Shown piece by piece: positions 24,594-36,689 of a DNA stretch of 64,000 nt. The notes beneath the pieces were generated by a model that was given only the letters and a program-made list of their open reading frames with translations, had not been told where the DNA came from and did no database searches. Source of the DNA: Takakia lepidozioides (lineage: Eukaryota > Plantae > Bryophyta); assembly GCA_030704615.1 (NCBI GenBank), contig CM060731.1, forward strand, positions 95,542,001-95,606,000. The letters run 5' to 3'. A program made the translations under genes and the position numbers. How positions within the stretch are numbered: the stretch's first letter is position 1; each line of letters begins with the position of its first letter.

Positions 24594-25289
24594 TTAATGT
24601 GGCAATAACCAAAACTCTCTTCTGTAATATCTCTCGTATATGCCTGGGTTTCTTTCAAGCTTCAATGCACCCTTGGCTATACTTGAAGTCTCCGTTACCA
24701 TATAACCATATGGCAAACAAGTCTGAAAAGCTGTTCTTGGTGTGAGTTTGATCCACAAAATATCCTTTGGAATCCAATTCTTTACCAGTACAAGCTCTTC
24801 ATGCATATGAGTATAAACATTCACCTTTCTTTCTTCCCAGCCTTCAAACTCTACTCGTTTAATGGATAGCAACGCTATCACATAAACCAATGTTGGTAAC
24901 CAACGTGCTCTTCCTCTACAGGCTACCTGATAAATCTTTATCACTCCTTTCTCCAGACCCCATTCTGGATCAGCATCATGCACTCGTTTAAGAATATTTT
25001 CTTTACAACCGTCTGGCAATTCCAAGAACCTTTGAAAGAATCGTTTGGACAATCTTTCTTCCTTCGTTCCACAGGGAATTTGATTCACTTCAAATTCTTT
25101 AATGGTCCAACCACCATGATCCCACCAGATGCCTGTCACATCTGGTTGTTCATGTCCCAGGTCCCCAGTATGGTCGCCAAATGTCGCGCGGCTTTTACTC
25201 ACCCATCCCTTCGCTATCCGAGGCGGAAACTCCAAGATAGAAGAGTTGGAAATCTCTAAGTACTCAGCCCGCGCAGAACAATCAGTCAT
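24594..25289 (-). CDS. ORF upstream of gag (231 aa) that starts in the LTR and reads through the PBS
   Basis: Open in this copy, open at 5227-5889, and frameshifted at 40601-41296. Confidence 0.5.
   Translation of the reverse strand: MTDCSARAEYLEISNSSILEFPPRIAKGWVSKSRATFGDHTGDLGHEQPDVTGIWWDHGGWTIKEFEVNQIPCGTKEERLSKRFFQRFLELPDGCKENILKRVHDADPEWGLEKGVIKIYQVACRGRARWLPTLVYVIALLSIKRVEFEGWEERKVNVYTHMHEELVLVKNWIPKDILWIKLTPRTAFQTCLPYGYMVTETSSIAKGALKLERNPGIYERYYRREFWLLPH
25162..25179 (-). promoter_or_regulatory. Primer-binding site, tRNA-Arg-like
   Basis: TGGCGACCATACTGGGGA lies 2 nt inside the 5' LTR and resembles the 3' end of plant tRNA-Arg. Confidence 0.8.
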
Positions 25290-26270
25290 GACCTACAGCT
25301 AGTGTATCATGGGGGTGTTTCCTATTTGTTTCCCTTTCCGCATTCATCTTAGCTACCTTACCATTGATAATTAAGTATTAGTTTACTTCATCAATCTATC
25401 GGTTTTCTTCACTCATCCATTCAATCCACAGCTTCACTCAGATCTCTCTACACAGTGTGATTGTATCGTGTAAGTATCAGATTATGATTTATCAGGTATC
25501 AGGCCGAAGCCATTATGTCTCTAATCTGCTCTACAATATCACTACCGCTTTGCATATATCAAGCATCTACTAATCCTCTTTCCTCCTTCACCGTGCTCTC
25601 CATCTTTTGCCTCCGATCTCCGCTCCAGCCTCACTCAGAAGTCCCCCTCCGAATAATGATTCCTCCCCTTCTCATTCCCCGTTTTCCCTTTATCCTCCTA
25701 TCCGCGGTTCTAACCGTTTCCCTCTCTAACCGTCGTCTGTGAACTGACATGTTCCCTTCACAGGTGTTGTTCCCCACAGTCGTTCCCTATTATCGTGACA
25801 GCTGTGTCAAGCGGTGACTGGCTGTGTTTGGCTGTGTCGGGCTGTGACTGGCTGTGTGGCTGTGTCTGCTGTGACGACTGTGACGGGCTGTGTTGGCTGT
25901 GTGGGCTGTGACTGCTGTGTCGGCTGTGTGGGCTGTGACGGCTGTGTGGGCTGTGACGACTATGACGGGCTGTGTGGGCTGTGACGACTGTGACGGGCTG
26001 TGTTGGTTGTGTGGGCTGTGACTGCTGTGTCGGCTGTGACGGGCTGTGTAGGCTGTGACGACTGTGACGGGCTGTGTTGGCTGTGTGGGCTGTGACTGCT
26101 GTGTCGGCTGTGTGGGATGTGACGACTGTGACGGGCTGTGTTGGCTGTGTAACCCCCCTACAGTGCGCTGCTGTCACCCCTAAGGCTCCTGTTGGTCTCA
26201 GTCTGTGCAAAAATTAAGGGTACCCTACAGATCCCGTATAAGTGTCTAAGTCCCCTACAGTCCTCTAACA
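25182..26270 (-). repeat. 5' LTR of family A
   Basis: Matches 12883-13957. Confidence 0.95.
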
Positions 26271-27172
26271 GACGGAAATGTTGCACCGCATTTCCGTCCA
26301 TTTGAGACCTTAATACTCTCCAGAACAGAAATGCGGTACCGCATTTCCGTTCTGACTGAAAATCGTGAACCATCGGAACTGAAATGCGGCACCGCATTTC
26401 CGTCCGGGTGGCACCTTCCGACATTCCAGAACGGAAATGCGGCGCCACATTTCCGTTTGTATCTGAGGCATGGAGCGGAGGGACGGAAATGTTGCACCGC
26501 ATTTCCGTCCGTTTGAGACCTTCATACTCTCCCGAATGGAAATGCGGTTCCGCATTTCCGTTCTGACTGAAAATCGTGAACCATCGGAACTGAAATGCGG
26601 CACCGCATTTCCGTCCAAGTCGCACCTTCCGTCATTCCAGAACGGAAATGCGGCGCCGCATTTCCGTTTTGTATATGAGGCCTAGAGCTGTGGGACGGAA
26701 ATGCGGCACCGCATTTCCATTCAGGTGCGACCTTTATACTTTCCCGAACGGAAATGTGGCACGACATTTCCGTTCATCAACTAAGGTATGTGAAGGTGGA
26801 ACGGCGGTACCGCATTTCCGTTCAGATTGAAAATCATGAACCACGGGAACTGAAATGCTGTGCCGCATTTCCGTCGGAATCGCACCTTTCGACATTCCAG
26901 AACGGAAATGCGCCGTCGCATTTCCCTTTTGTATCTCAGGCATAGAGCTGTGGGAGGGAAATGCGGCATCGTATTTCCGTTCAACAACTAAGGTTTGTGA
27001 AGGTGGAACGGAAATGCGGTGCCGCATTTTCTTCCAACAAGTACGGATGTGTAGCTTCGTGATCGTACTTAACGGAAATGCGGCGCCGCATTTGCATTTT
27101 CTCCAACTCATTAGACGCTGGGACGGAAATGCCAAGAAATGTGAACACGTGGAGCAACGGAATTGCGGCACA
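26271..27172. repeat. Palindrome array GGAAATGCGGYRCCGCATTTCC (right half)
   Basis: Continues the 53-bp register of 12289-12882 exactly across the TSD. Confidence 0.95.
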
Positions 27173-27530
27173 TGTCTGCACTCTATCTGACTGAAGTGGC
27201 ATGAGGCGGCGCGGCCTGACCATTGGATAATGATGTTTGTTTTTCGGACGGCAGGCGTACCCTGAACGATTCGAATATTGTAATGACGCAAAGTCCACGA
27301 GGAGACACTTTCGTCCAACCCTTTCGAACCGAAGTGGTGCATCACCGCCGTTTCATCTTCTTTTGTCGTGTCTACTCAGTCACCCCTCTCGCGCCCTTTC
27401 CATCTGCACTCTTCGCCCCTTTTCCCTGTCTCTGTTCTTCTTATGCTCGAAACCTGAGAGGGAGGGAGTGCGTGCACCAAAGAAGAGACATTGTCGCAAG
27501 CTCTGAAAATTGTACTTCGGACGTAGGCCA

Positions 27531-28979
27531 ATGCCGAAGGGGAGGAAGCAGATGCGTCTAAAGGAGGAGATTGCCATCTCACAGCATCAGGGCACGCAGG
27601 CAACCCAGCCACCAGTGAGAGCTCCGTGCTATCGGAATTCGCCAGCTGATCGAGCACCGAAACCCCCCTCATTTTTCTTCGGCAATTCTTACACTGTATG
27701 TTAGGAGACTTGAATGCAGAAGGTATTTGCATGCCTAACCGGAAAGGTAGACGTGCTGGAGGGATCGCAGGAATCCGAAGAGCCGCAGGCAGAGTCCGTG
27801 GAGCTAGCTGCAGCACGCATACCCAGCCGATCCATGAGCACGGGTCTTCCTGCCGGGCCTGGCCTTGTGCGTTTCAAGGACGCGACTTCGAAGGGCAAGT
27901 CTTTGTAGTTCAAAGCCCCAGAGAGTGACTCGCGTTCGAAGGTCATGGAGAATCGCCAGCAGGGGTCTAGCCCTTCTCCAGCAAAGACGAAGAAGAAGCA
28001 GCCCGTCCTTCAACTTGTTTCTAACCCGGACCAGGCCGTTTCCCCCCCACCCAGGCGAATGAAGCAGATTCAATTGCAGCAGACACCTTCACCTGCAAGA
28101 ATGAGGAAGCAGAAGGCCATCGGTGGTCAGGTCTTGCTGCAAACATTGAGCGGCAGCACCCTCCTCCGGTACCAGATCGACGAAATCGGTCGATCCCATT
28201 GCCTTCGCTGCAGCAGAGACGCTCCCAACATCACCAGGCTGGAAATCAAGCAGGAACTGGGCTTCAGCTCGTGGAATCGGTTTTGCGGGAGACTGCTCCG
28301 CCCTCCCCCTGATTGAGGAAGATCTTTAGAATACTGTAGGCCCGGAGGAGGCCTCTGCAATTGCAGAATTACCCGCAAAGATTCCCCAAAGTTCAGCTCC
28401 AGTTGGGGATGCTCCAGCTGCTCAGCCCCTACCGCCACCAGCAGAAATGTCTCCGGAGGAATTCCAAAGTGCAGCGGATACAATGTTGGAGGAGACACAT
28501 AGTAGCATTGGCAGAGTTCTGGGCAGCAGGGTATTCCAGCGGACTCTTTGAATCCCACTCTGTCGCATGGTCTCCCTTCCCATCGTCAGGCAGGCACTTC
28601 CCGGAGATGTGGATAAGCTCAAGTTCGCATTTCGAGAAGCGTACCGTCTAGGTTCGCCAGCCTTCTACGTTTCCCTTGAGAATGAGGACGGCGAATCTCG
28701 TAGACCCACTGCGAATGAATTGTCAACATGGGATACCCAATGGCACACTCGCAACGACAAATTCAAGGCAACGCTGAAGGGTGATCCAGACTTCGGCCAT
28801 ATGTCGGGTAAAATGTTCTTTGTGTGGGACGGGAATCACCGACTTCTTGCCTGGTGGGAGTACATCAAGTAGAACCATGCCAAGCACATTGGCTGGCATT
28901 ACATGGTGGAGTGTGTCATCCTCAAGGTGAAGGCGGCAGACTCCTCCCTGCTCAAGAATGCCATGGCGGACCTCAACTC
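27531..28979 (+). pseudogene. Intron-containing gene with a ParB/sulfiredoxin-like domain, interrupted by an LTR insertion in the next intron
   Basis: Low-complexity N-terminus, then IPLCRMVSLPIVRQ...FYVS...MFFVWDGNHRLLAW, which contains the GxxRxxA box (28828-28851). A GT donor follows MADLN. Internal stops are present. Confidence 0.7.
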
Positions 28980-29009
28980 GTAAGATACTCATACCCTCCC
29001 AAGCACGTT

Positions 29010-32000
29010 TGTCGCGCGGCTTTTACTCACCCATCCCTTCGCTATCCGAGGCGGAAACTCCAAGATAGAAGAGTTGGAAATCTCTAAGCACTCAGCCCGC
29101 TCAGAACAATCAGTCATGACCTACAGCTAGTGTATCATGGGGGTGTTTCCTATTCGTTTTCCTTCCCGCATTCATGTTAGCTAGTTACCTTATTGTTGGT
29201 AATTAAGTATCAGTTTGCTTCAGCAATTTATCGGATTCCATCAACTCATCCATTCATTCCACAGCTTCACTCAGATCTCTCTACACAGTGTGAGTATGTA
29301 GTATGTATCAGATTAATATCTATCAAGTATCAGGCTGAAGCCATGGTATCTCTATTCTGCTCTACATTACAACTCTACTTCTTGCATTCAGCAAGTATCA
29401 ACAGATCGTTCTCCTCCTACTCCGTGCTCTCCCTCTTTCTGCTCAGAGATCCGCTCTCCGCTTCATTTCCTAGTTCTGATTTCCCCTAAGTGATGTCCGA
29501 AATCCCCCCCCAGAAGTGATCCCAGAATTGATCATTTTCCAGTCTTTGCTCCTGGCTTTATCTTCCTACCCGTTGTTCTAACCGTTTCCCTCACTAACCG
29601 TCATCCGTGAACTAACATGTTCCATTCGCAGGTGTTGTTCCCCACAGTCGTTCCCTGTCTTGCTATCCGTTCCCTATGGTCGTGACAGCTGTGTCAAGCT
29701 ATGACTGGCTATGTGAAACTGTGACGGGCTGTGACCGACTGTGTCGGGCTGTGACTGGCTGTGATGGGCTGTGTTGGCTGTGCGAAGCTGTGACAGGCTG
29801 TGTTGGCTGTGACGGCTGTGTTGGGCTGTGACTGGCTGTGCGACTGTGTTGGGCTGTGTTGGCTGTGTTGGGCTGTGTCGGTTGTGACTGGCTGTGTTGG
29901 ACTGTGACGGCTGTGTTGGCTGTGATGGGCTGTGTAACCCCCCCCCCCCAAAGTGCGCTGCTGTCACCCCTAAGGCTCCTGTTGGTCTCAGTCTGTGCAA
30001 AAATTAAGGGTACCCCACAGATCTCGTAAAAGTGTCTAAGTCCCAGACAGTCCTCTAACATTACCCCTTCCCCTCTCAAAAAGCCGTGTCCTCACGGTTT
30101 ACTGTTTGGGATTTGTAAACCTTTGTGAGCAAGCACCCTTGTGACGTTGAGAGTCTCGTAAAGGACTCCGTGTGCGAGCTCGTGTTCTGTCACTGGTTGA
30201 GGGAGATGATTGAACACTACCTGGATATGTCAGTCCCTCTGGAGGCTGATATCGAGGTAATCTTTCAGGCATAGGAGACCCCCGTCGCTTCTTCTCTGCC
30301 ATTTGTATTTCATAGTCCTCTGCCATGTCAAAAGAGTCTGTTGAAGAAACAGTTGTATCAAAATCCTCGTCCCCCCTGAGGTGTTTTAACTGTCGAACTT
30401 TAACTGGAATTCTCTGGGGCATACAATGTTGTCCCACCATGTCTAGAAGTTTAAATTGTAAAACTTGTTGTAAGCGCTGAATTGCAAAATTGGTGAAGAC
30501 CCTGAGCTCCTTGTCTGTCCATGTAGTGGTGTGTACCAATGACTTGTGAATTGTGCAAATATTTCCATGCCTCATGTCCCTTAAAGAAAATATCGTCAGG
30601 CCCGAATTTCTGTGTTGACAAATTGTTCCAGGCCGCATGAAACCATGAACGAATCTGAGAATCCTTTTGCAACATAACTTTTGCCTCATATAGGTACATA
30701 TGAGGTGGCACTGAAGGTAAGACCCAATGATCCCCACTGGAATAATTCAGAAAGCGCGTTTGCATCTTCTGTTGCTCAATGTGATAACGTACCAGAAAAC
30801 AAGCAGCATAGTATAACCCGCAGCCCATGACAATACTTGCTACCTCCTTGGTCTTGGTATAAATGAATCCATGTACAACTTGGAAGGCAATTAATTCCTT
30901 CAACATGGTACTTGCCTCATGCCAGTACTGTGCAAAGTGATGATCCTCAATTGGTCGATTGTTCGGAAGAACTTTAGTCCTAGTGGCCACTGGCAGCCAA
31001 ATGCGCATGATTTGATAGTAATGTGCCAATGACTGCGGAGGACTAAATTCTTTCCAAGCCAAATCCAACACAATGGGAATTTGGTTGAAGGGCATAATCA
31101 TAGCCCTATTGTACTCCCGTGCAGCTGGAGTTTTAGGTGGGTTAAAAGCAGCATTCCCCCATACCTCAGGCTATGGTGGCTGTGGTGTGGCTGTAGTAAC
31201 AACAGGGTCAGCTACTAGCACAGTGACTTGTTGTGGTGTTGGTGGCACTGGCTCTTGTACCATTGGCATCTCCTGCACCCCCTGTGAAGAAGACTGAAAA
31301 GCCAAAGTTCTCGCTTGTAAATATGAAGCCATTAGCTGTTCCTCAGGTACACAGACTCTCTTGTCGATATTTGAAGTGAGGTCCTCCACTTGAGTCTGCA
31401 GGCCGTCTATATCCTCCTGTAACTCCGCTATCCTACTATAGACATTGTCTATAGTAGTTGTGGCAATGTTTTGCACTTGCTGTCTGAGCTCATTCATCTC
31501 GCTTTGGGTGAGCTTTCGTGGTGCTTTGCCCTCCACTGGCCCTTGTGCTAACCAGACCTGCATAAGGTGGTTATCCACCAAGTTGCTTGTGGCACCCCTG
31601 AGAGTCTGCTCCTCTGTGAGCCTGTACACATCTATCTGCTGTTTTAAAGACTCCATGCGCTTCGCATGAGGTTCAACCAAACTCGCATAGGCAGCAGCCA
31701 GATTATTGGCTTCCTTCCAAGCTTTGTTAGCCACAGAGAGTTCATTTCTATTGGACATGAGTGTTTGTTGCAACTCAAGGATGTACCTCTCTTGGTCAGC
31801 TTCAACTTGCCTGTATTGGCTGAAGGTATTCTCATTGCGACAGATTGTATTCTTCATATCGACAATGAGTTTCGTTTGCTCGACATTCTCTGCCTCTGCC
31901 TTCGTACATCTTTCCGCTTGACTATTTATTTCTATTGTACTTTGGTCAAGCATAGTTGTGAGTGTAGCACATTGTATGGCCATCCTGTCATGCACTGTCT

Positions 32001-32641
32001 GCAACTCCGTATGTAGTGCATTCACTTCTTGCAACTTGCTTTCATGCTTCACCTGCATTTGGTATAGCTGTTGCTTATGTGCTTCGTGCAACTGGTCTTG
32101 GGCGAGGCCTGCCTCAATCAATTGTTCCTTGGCCAATTGCAAAGCCGCTTCTGTACTCTCTAAGTCTTGCTGCATCTTGAGAGTGACCTCTTCATTGACC
32201 TTGTTTGCACACTCAGTGGCAAGTCGAGCCTCAAACTCCTTCCTGAGTTCCTCCCTCAAAGCTGCCAATTGGGAAGTTGGAACATGGGATTTGACATAAG
32301 TGCCCAACAAATTAAGTGTCCTGCTTATGAAACTCATAAGCATGGCTTGTTGAGGGTCATCATGGTGAGCTTGATGCTGTTCTCCCTGATCCTCAACAGT
32401 GTGATGCCTCACGAACCACTCAGGCCATTGCCCCACCAGATTTTCTTCCTGAACCACTTCATCCGTCACCGGTGCTGCAGTGTCTTGACATTCTACCTGT
32501 GGTACCTCCGTCACAGGTGTGTGTATTATATGCACCGCAGGGTTTCCCCTGGACAACCGTTGCACCTCCGGAATCACTGTGTCTTTGACCATACCAGAAT
32601 ATTCATAGAGAAGGTCCCCCTTCTCAATTTCTGCCACCACC
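29010..32641 (-). mobile_element. Family A partial copy: 3' LTR (29010-30060), PPT and 3' accessory ORF, truncated
   Basis: LTR TGTCGCGCGG...CTCTAACA. ORFs 30099-32640 are homologous to 13973-16522. Confidence 0.92.
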
Positions 32642-35440
32642 TGTTCTTAGTGGGAATATCTAACCCTTCTTTTTCCAAATCAATTATCAAGCGGGGCTGT
32701 TACAACCCTTGCCGATTCCAGAGGGGACTTGGGAAAGCGTCTCGATGGATTTCATGACTGCTATGCCGCTGTCAAAAGAATTCGATGCAATCATGGTGGT
32801 GGTAGATAGGTTTAGTAAAATGGGCCATTTCATCCCCACCAAGGAGACGGCAACGGCGCAGGAGACATGACGACTTTACTTCGCCCACGTCTTAAAGCAT
32901 CATGGAGTCCTGAAGGATATTGTCTCGGACCGCGATCCAAAGTTTACGAGTAAATTCTGGAGAGCACTTTGGAAGAAAATGGGGACGAGGCTGAAGATGA
33001 GCACCGCCTTCCGACCTACGACCGACGGCCAAACATAAAGGGTGAATTCCGTAGTGAAGCAGATCTTGCGGAATTACGTGTCGGCAGACCAAACAGACTG
33101 GTGGAACACTTAGACGCGGCAGAGTTATGTTATAATAACACAGAACACTCCGCAACGGGAGTTTCCCCTTTCGTATTGGTCTATGGAAAAGCACCTCTGG
33201 TGCCGACAAGTTGGGCCGCCCAGGACGTTGAGGAACCGGCAGTAGCGGCAGTACTGGAAGAACGCGAGCGTTTGTTGAAGCTCGCAAAGTACAATATTGC
33301 CAAAGCTAGGAAACGGTATGAAAGGTAGGCGAATCGGAAGCGGAGGGAAGTGAAGTTTGAGGCAGGCACAGAGGTCTGGTTGAACATCAAGAATTTCCGA
33401 CTACCTCCGGAAGTGAGTCCGAAGTTCGTACCTCCGTATGCGGGACCCTTTCGCATTCGGAAGGTTATGAATGAGGATGTGTATGAATTGGAGCTGCCGG
33501 CAAACAGCAAGGTGCACCCAGTATTCCATGTCTCCCTTTTGAAGCCTTACTTCAAAGATGAAGCGCGTCCGAATCGGCATCAAGTGTTGCGTCCGCCACC
33601 TATGCTGTTGGATCATGAAATGAACCTGAGTACAAGGTGGAGACAATACTTAAGTCGAGGAGGTTCAGGAACCGAGAAACGGAGTATCTCGTCAAATGGA
33701 AGGGCTATCATCATGTGGAGGCATCTTGGGTGCGTGCCTCAGAAATGGGAAATGCATCCGAGGCGGTTGCAGCTTTCGAAGGGCGACCTCAAAAGCGGAA
33801 GAGACGTTGATGGGGACATCAACCTTGGAGCGTGGGGGAGGAAATGCATGCTTAGCCCGGCTTAGCTAGCTTAGGAATCCGATTACAAAAACTTGTATTG
33901 TACAAAAATTTATTATAAATGAAATGGATTCCAAATGTTGTGCGTCCTATTTTGTTTGGAATGGTGATGCATGGTATGGTTGGCTAGTGTGTAGAATGCA
34001 TGCTAGCTTATAAAAGTGGGAGAGGTAAATTGGGTTAATCGTGTGTTTGCGTAGTGCCGAAATCGGGTGACCCCCATCCAAGGGGCAAGGAAACTTGCGC
34101 CTTCCTTGGGAGTTCACGTGCTAGTGCGCACCTGGCGCGTGCGCGTACTATAACTGCGCTACCGAGGGGGTTGCCTTGTAGTGCGGGCTAACGCGGAAGC
34201 TACGTGCTTCCGTTCACGTACTATAATCGTGTAGCCTCGGGACGAAGTCGTAGTGCGGCTTCGACGTGTTCCCGTACCTCAGGCCAGCATTCCAAGGCGG
34301 ACCCAATTGTAGTGATTGGGGCGCACGGTTGGTTCAAGGTTATCTTCCTAGTCAAAGAGGTTCCAGGGAACCCTTGCTCAGGTGATGCCAAAAGCGGCAT
34401 CATGAGCGGTCGCAAGCAATGTTGTTGCAGTAAGGCGATTCGATCCTCGGGGAGGATCGTTCCTTGGCCTTGAAGTAGGCCAAGAAGAGTGCACTGGGAG
34501 GAGCTGGAGAGGCTCCACCCTTGGCCGGGACTTGGAGGAAGTCGGCCGAACTAGCTAGTGGGGAGTAGAGTCAAGTGTGGGGTTTGGTTCTTTGCCATGG
34601 ACGCCATGGTACGGAAACAAACTCCTTGATGTGGGACGCCACAACTTGGATGTTCGTTTCTACAAAATGGACAAGTCGATGAGGACATCGACTCCCTATT
34701 GGTAGGGGTGTGTGTCGCGGCCCTTTGCCTTGAGGGCAGGGGGGGTCGGGACACATGAGGGGCTGCCCCTGTGGTGGGGGCAGCGGCAGCGATAGGTACG
34801 GGGGGCTGAAGCACCCTTGAGTGCCCAAGGCACTCAGGAGGCGGAGGCGCTCACTAGGTGGAGCCCCGCACACCGGGCTGCGGTGGGGGTGGCTCCACAA
34901 GGGTGGTGGTAGCTTAGAGGGACTTAGTGGGGGTGGCATAGGACTCACCATGGGGGCGGAGACCTCGAGGTGGGAGTCGTGGGGAGTCTTGGGACTCATC
35001 ACGGTCCATAGGGGCCGTGGTGAGTGGGCCAAGACTCACCGCGACTCACCACCGGGAGTCGAGGGTTTTCGTGGTGGTTCGCCATAAAATGGCATGGCTG
35101 GTTGTGAAACCCCCGCGGACAGCTACAGAAGTATATATAAGGGGAGTAGTGACCCCGAGAACGGTGCAAGCCCGTTGGTGACCAAAAACTAGTGAGTAAG
35201 CGAGCGAGCCGGAAAGCGACCAAAGAGTGGGGAGCTGTTCCGGACTGCCATCTACCAAAGGGAATTCTCCTAGTCCCAAATAGGTGGAGGGTTTAGTGGG
35301 AAGCGAAGGGGGACCGTTATGTCCCGGTGAGCAGCCGAAGCTCCAAGTTGGCCCGGGCGGCCAGGTTGGGAGTCAGGCGTGCGCATCAAAGCGAGTAACT
35401 ATGACTTGAAGGGGAGCTTACCGAAGTGAGGTGCGCGACA
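32642..35440 (+). mobile_element. Chromovirus (Ty3/Gypsy) 3' fragment: integrase, chromodomain, PPT and LTR (~33845-35440)
   Basis: [43 protein letters not shown] and chromodomain EYLVKWKGY...SW. The purine tract GGGGGAGGAAA precedes TG, and the LTR ends ...GCGCGACA. Confidence 0.9.
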
Positions 35441-35559
35441 AGGTGTCTCCTTGGATAGTACCTCGGAGAATGGGGATAGGTGGGGTGGAGCCGTAACTTA
35501 TGCACCAAAGTATTCAGTGGTACTGTTTGTGTCTGCCAGAGTAAGTGGTAGCAGGCCTG

Positions 35560-36460
35560 GAATGTGGCACCGCAATTCCGTCGAAGCTGTCATTAAGAAA
35601 AGGTACAATGACAGTCCGGATGGAAATGCGGCACCGCATTTCCCTTCAACTGCCAAGTACGCAAACTGGTCTTCTTTCCGTCCCACCAGAAAATGAAGGG
35701 ATGGTCCACTATCAGTCCGGACGGAAATACGGTGGCGCCTTTCCGTCCAGACTCTCGGGAAAGCAATGTCTGGACGGGAATGCGGCACCACATTTCCATC
35801 CGACCACCTGTTCAGGGATCGTATAGTTGGAGCCCGGACGAAAATGCGGCACTGCATTTCCGTCCCACCAGGTATTAAGGGATGCTTAGGTGTCGGTCCG
35901 GACGGAAATGCAGCACCGGATTATTATCCCACCATGTATCAAGGATACTTAGGTGTCAGTTAGGACGAAAATGCGGCACTGCATTTCCATCCACAATGGT
36001 AGAAAGGCATGGTCCAGTGGGACCCCGGACGGAAATGCAGCGCCGCATTTCCGTCCCACCAGGTATTAAGGGATGCTTAGGTGTTAGTCCGGACGAAAAT
36101 GCGGCAATGCATTTCCGTCCCCAACTGTTAAAAATGCATGGTGGAATGGGAGCCCGGACGGAAATGCAGCACCGGATTATCATCCCACCATGTATCAAGG
36201 ACGCTTAGGTGTCATTCAGGACGGAAATGCGGCACCGCATTTCCATCCACAATGGTAGGAAGGCATGGTCTAGTGGGAACCCGGATGGAAATGCAGCACC
36301 ACGTTTCCGTCCCACCAGGTATAAAGTGATCGGTAGGTGTCAGTCCGGATGAAAATGCGGCAACGCATTTCCGTCGCCAGGTTCATCCCGCCCACCTCTT
36401 TTCCCCAAATGATGATCATCGTGCAAGGGGGGATGCGAGTCGGGACGCCGCATTTCCGTC
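35560..36460. repeat. Second GGAAATGCGGYRCCGCATTTCC array, ~64-bp period
   Basis: AAATG at 35842, 35906, 35969, 36033, 36097, 36162, 36225, 36289 and 36353. Spacers differ from array 1. Confidence 0.93.
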
Positions 36461-36500
36461 TCAACTGCCATCCACCCATGCTCTTTGAAAGTCGTTTGAC

Positions 36501-36531
<31 letters not shown>

Positions 36532-36689
36532 CCCCCTCTTTGGAGCCACTAGTAATGCTACCCAGCACACACTGGGAGGGGGGGGGGGGGGGGGGGGGGT
36601 TTGCAAATCCATGAGCATGAGCGGTGAGCGCATGAGCATGAGCAGAGTTTCCCGACCCTCGCCCGAACCTACACCGAACCTACTCTAAG

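Larger units (their letters stand above)
12883..26270 (-). mobile_element. Full-length Ty3/Gypsy LTR retrotransposon, family A (non-chromovirus type)
   Basis: TG...CA LTRs, 5-bp TSD GACGG (12878-12882 and 26271-26275), PBS, PPT, and domain order gag-PR-RT-RH-IN. Confidence 0.97.

Noticed and set aside
12289-27172. CRISPR array (palindromic repeats with ~31-bp spacers)
   Set aside because: Spacers recur as a higher-order repeat, the repeats are degenerate, no cas genes are present, and the context is eukaryotic TE.
36540-36560. CACTA terminus or Helitron CTAG 3' end
   Set aside because: No matching inverted terminus, no subterminal hairpin and no cognate transposase or helicase are visible.
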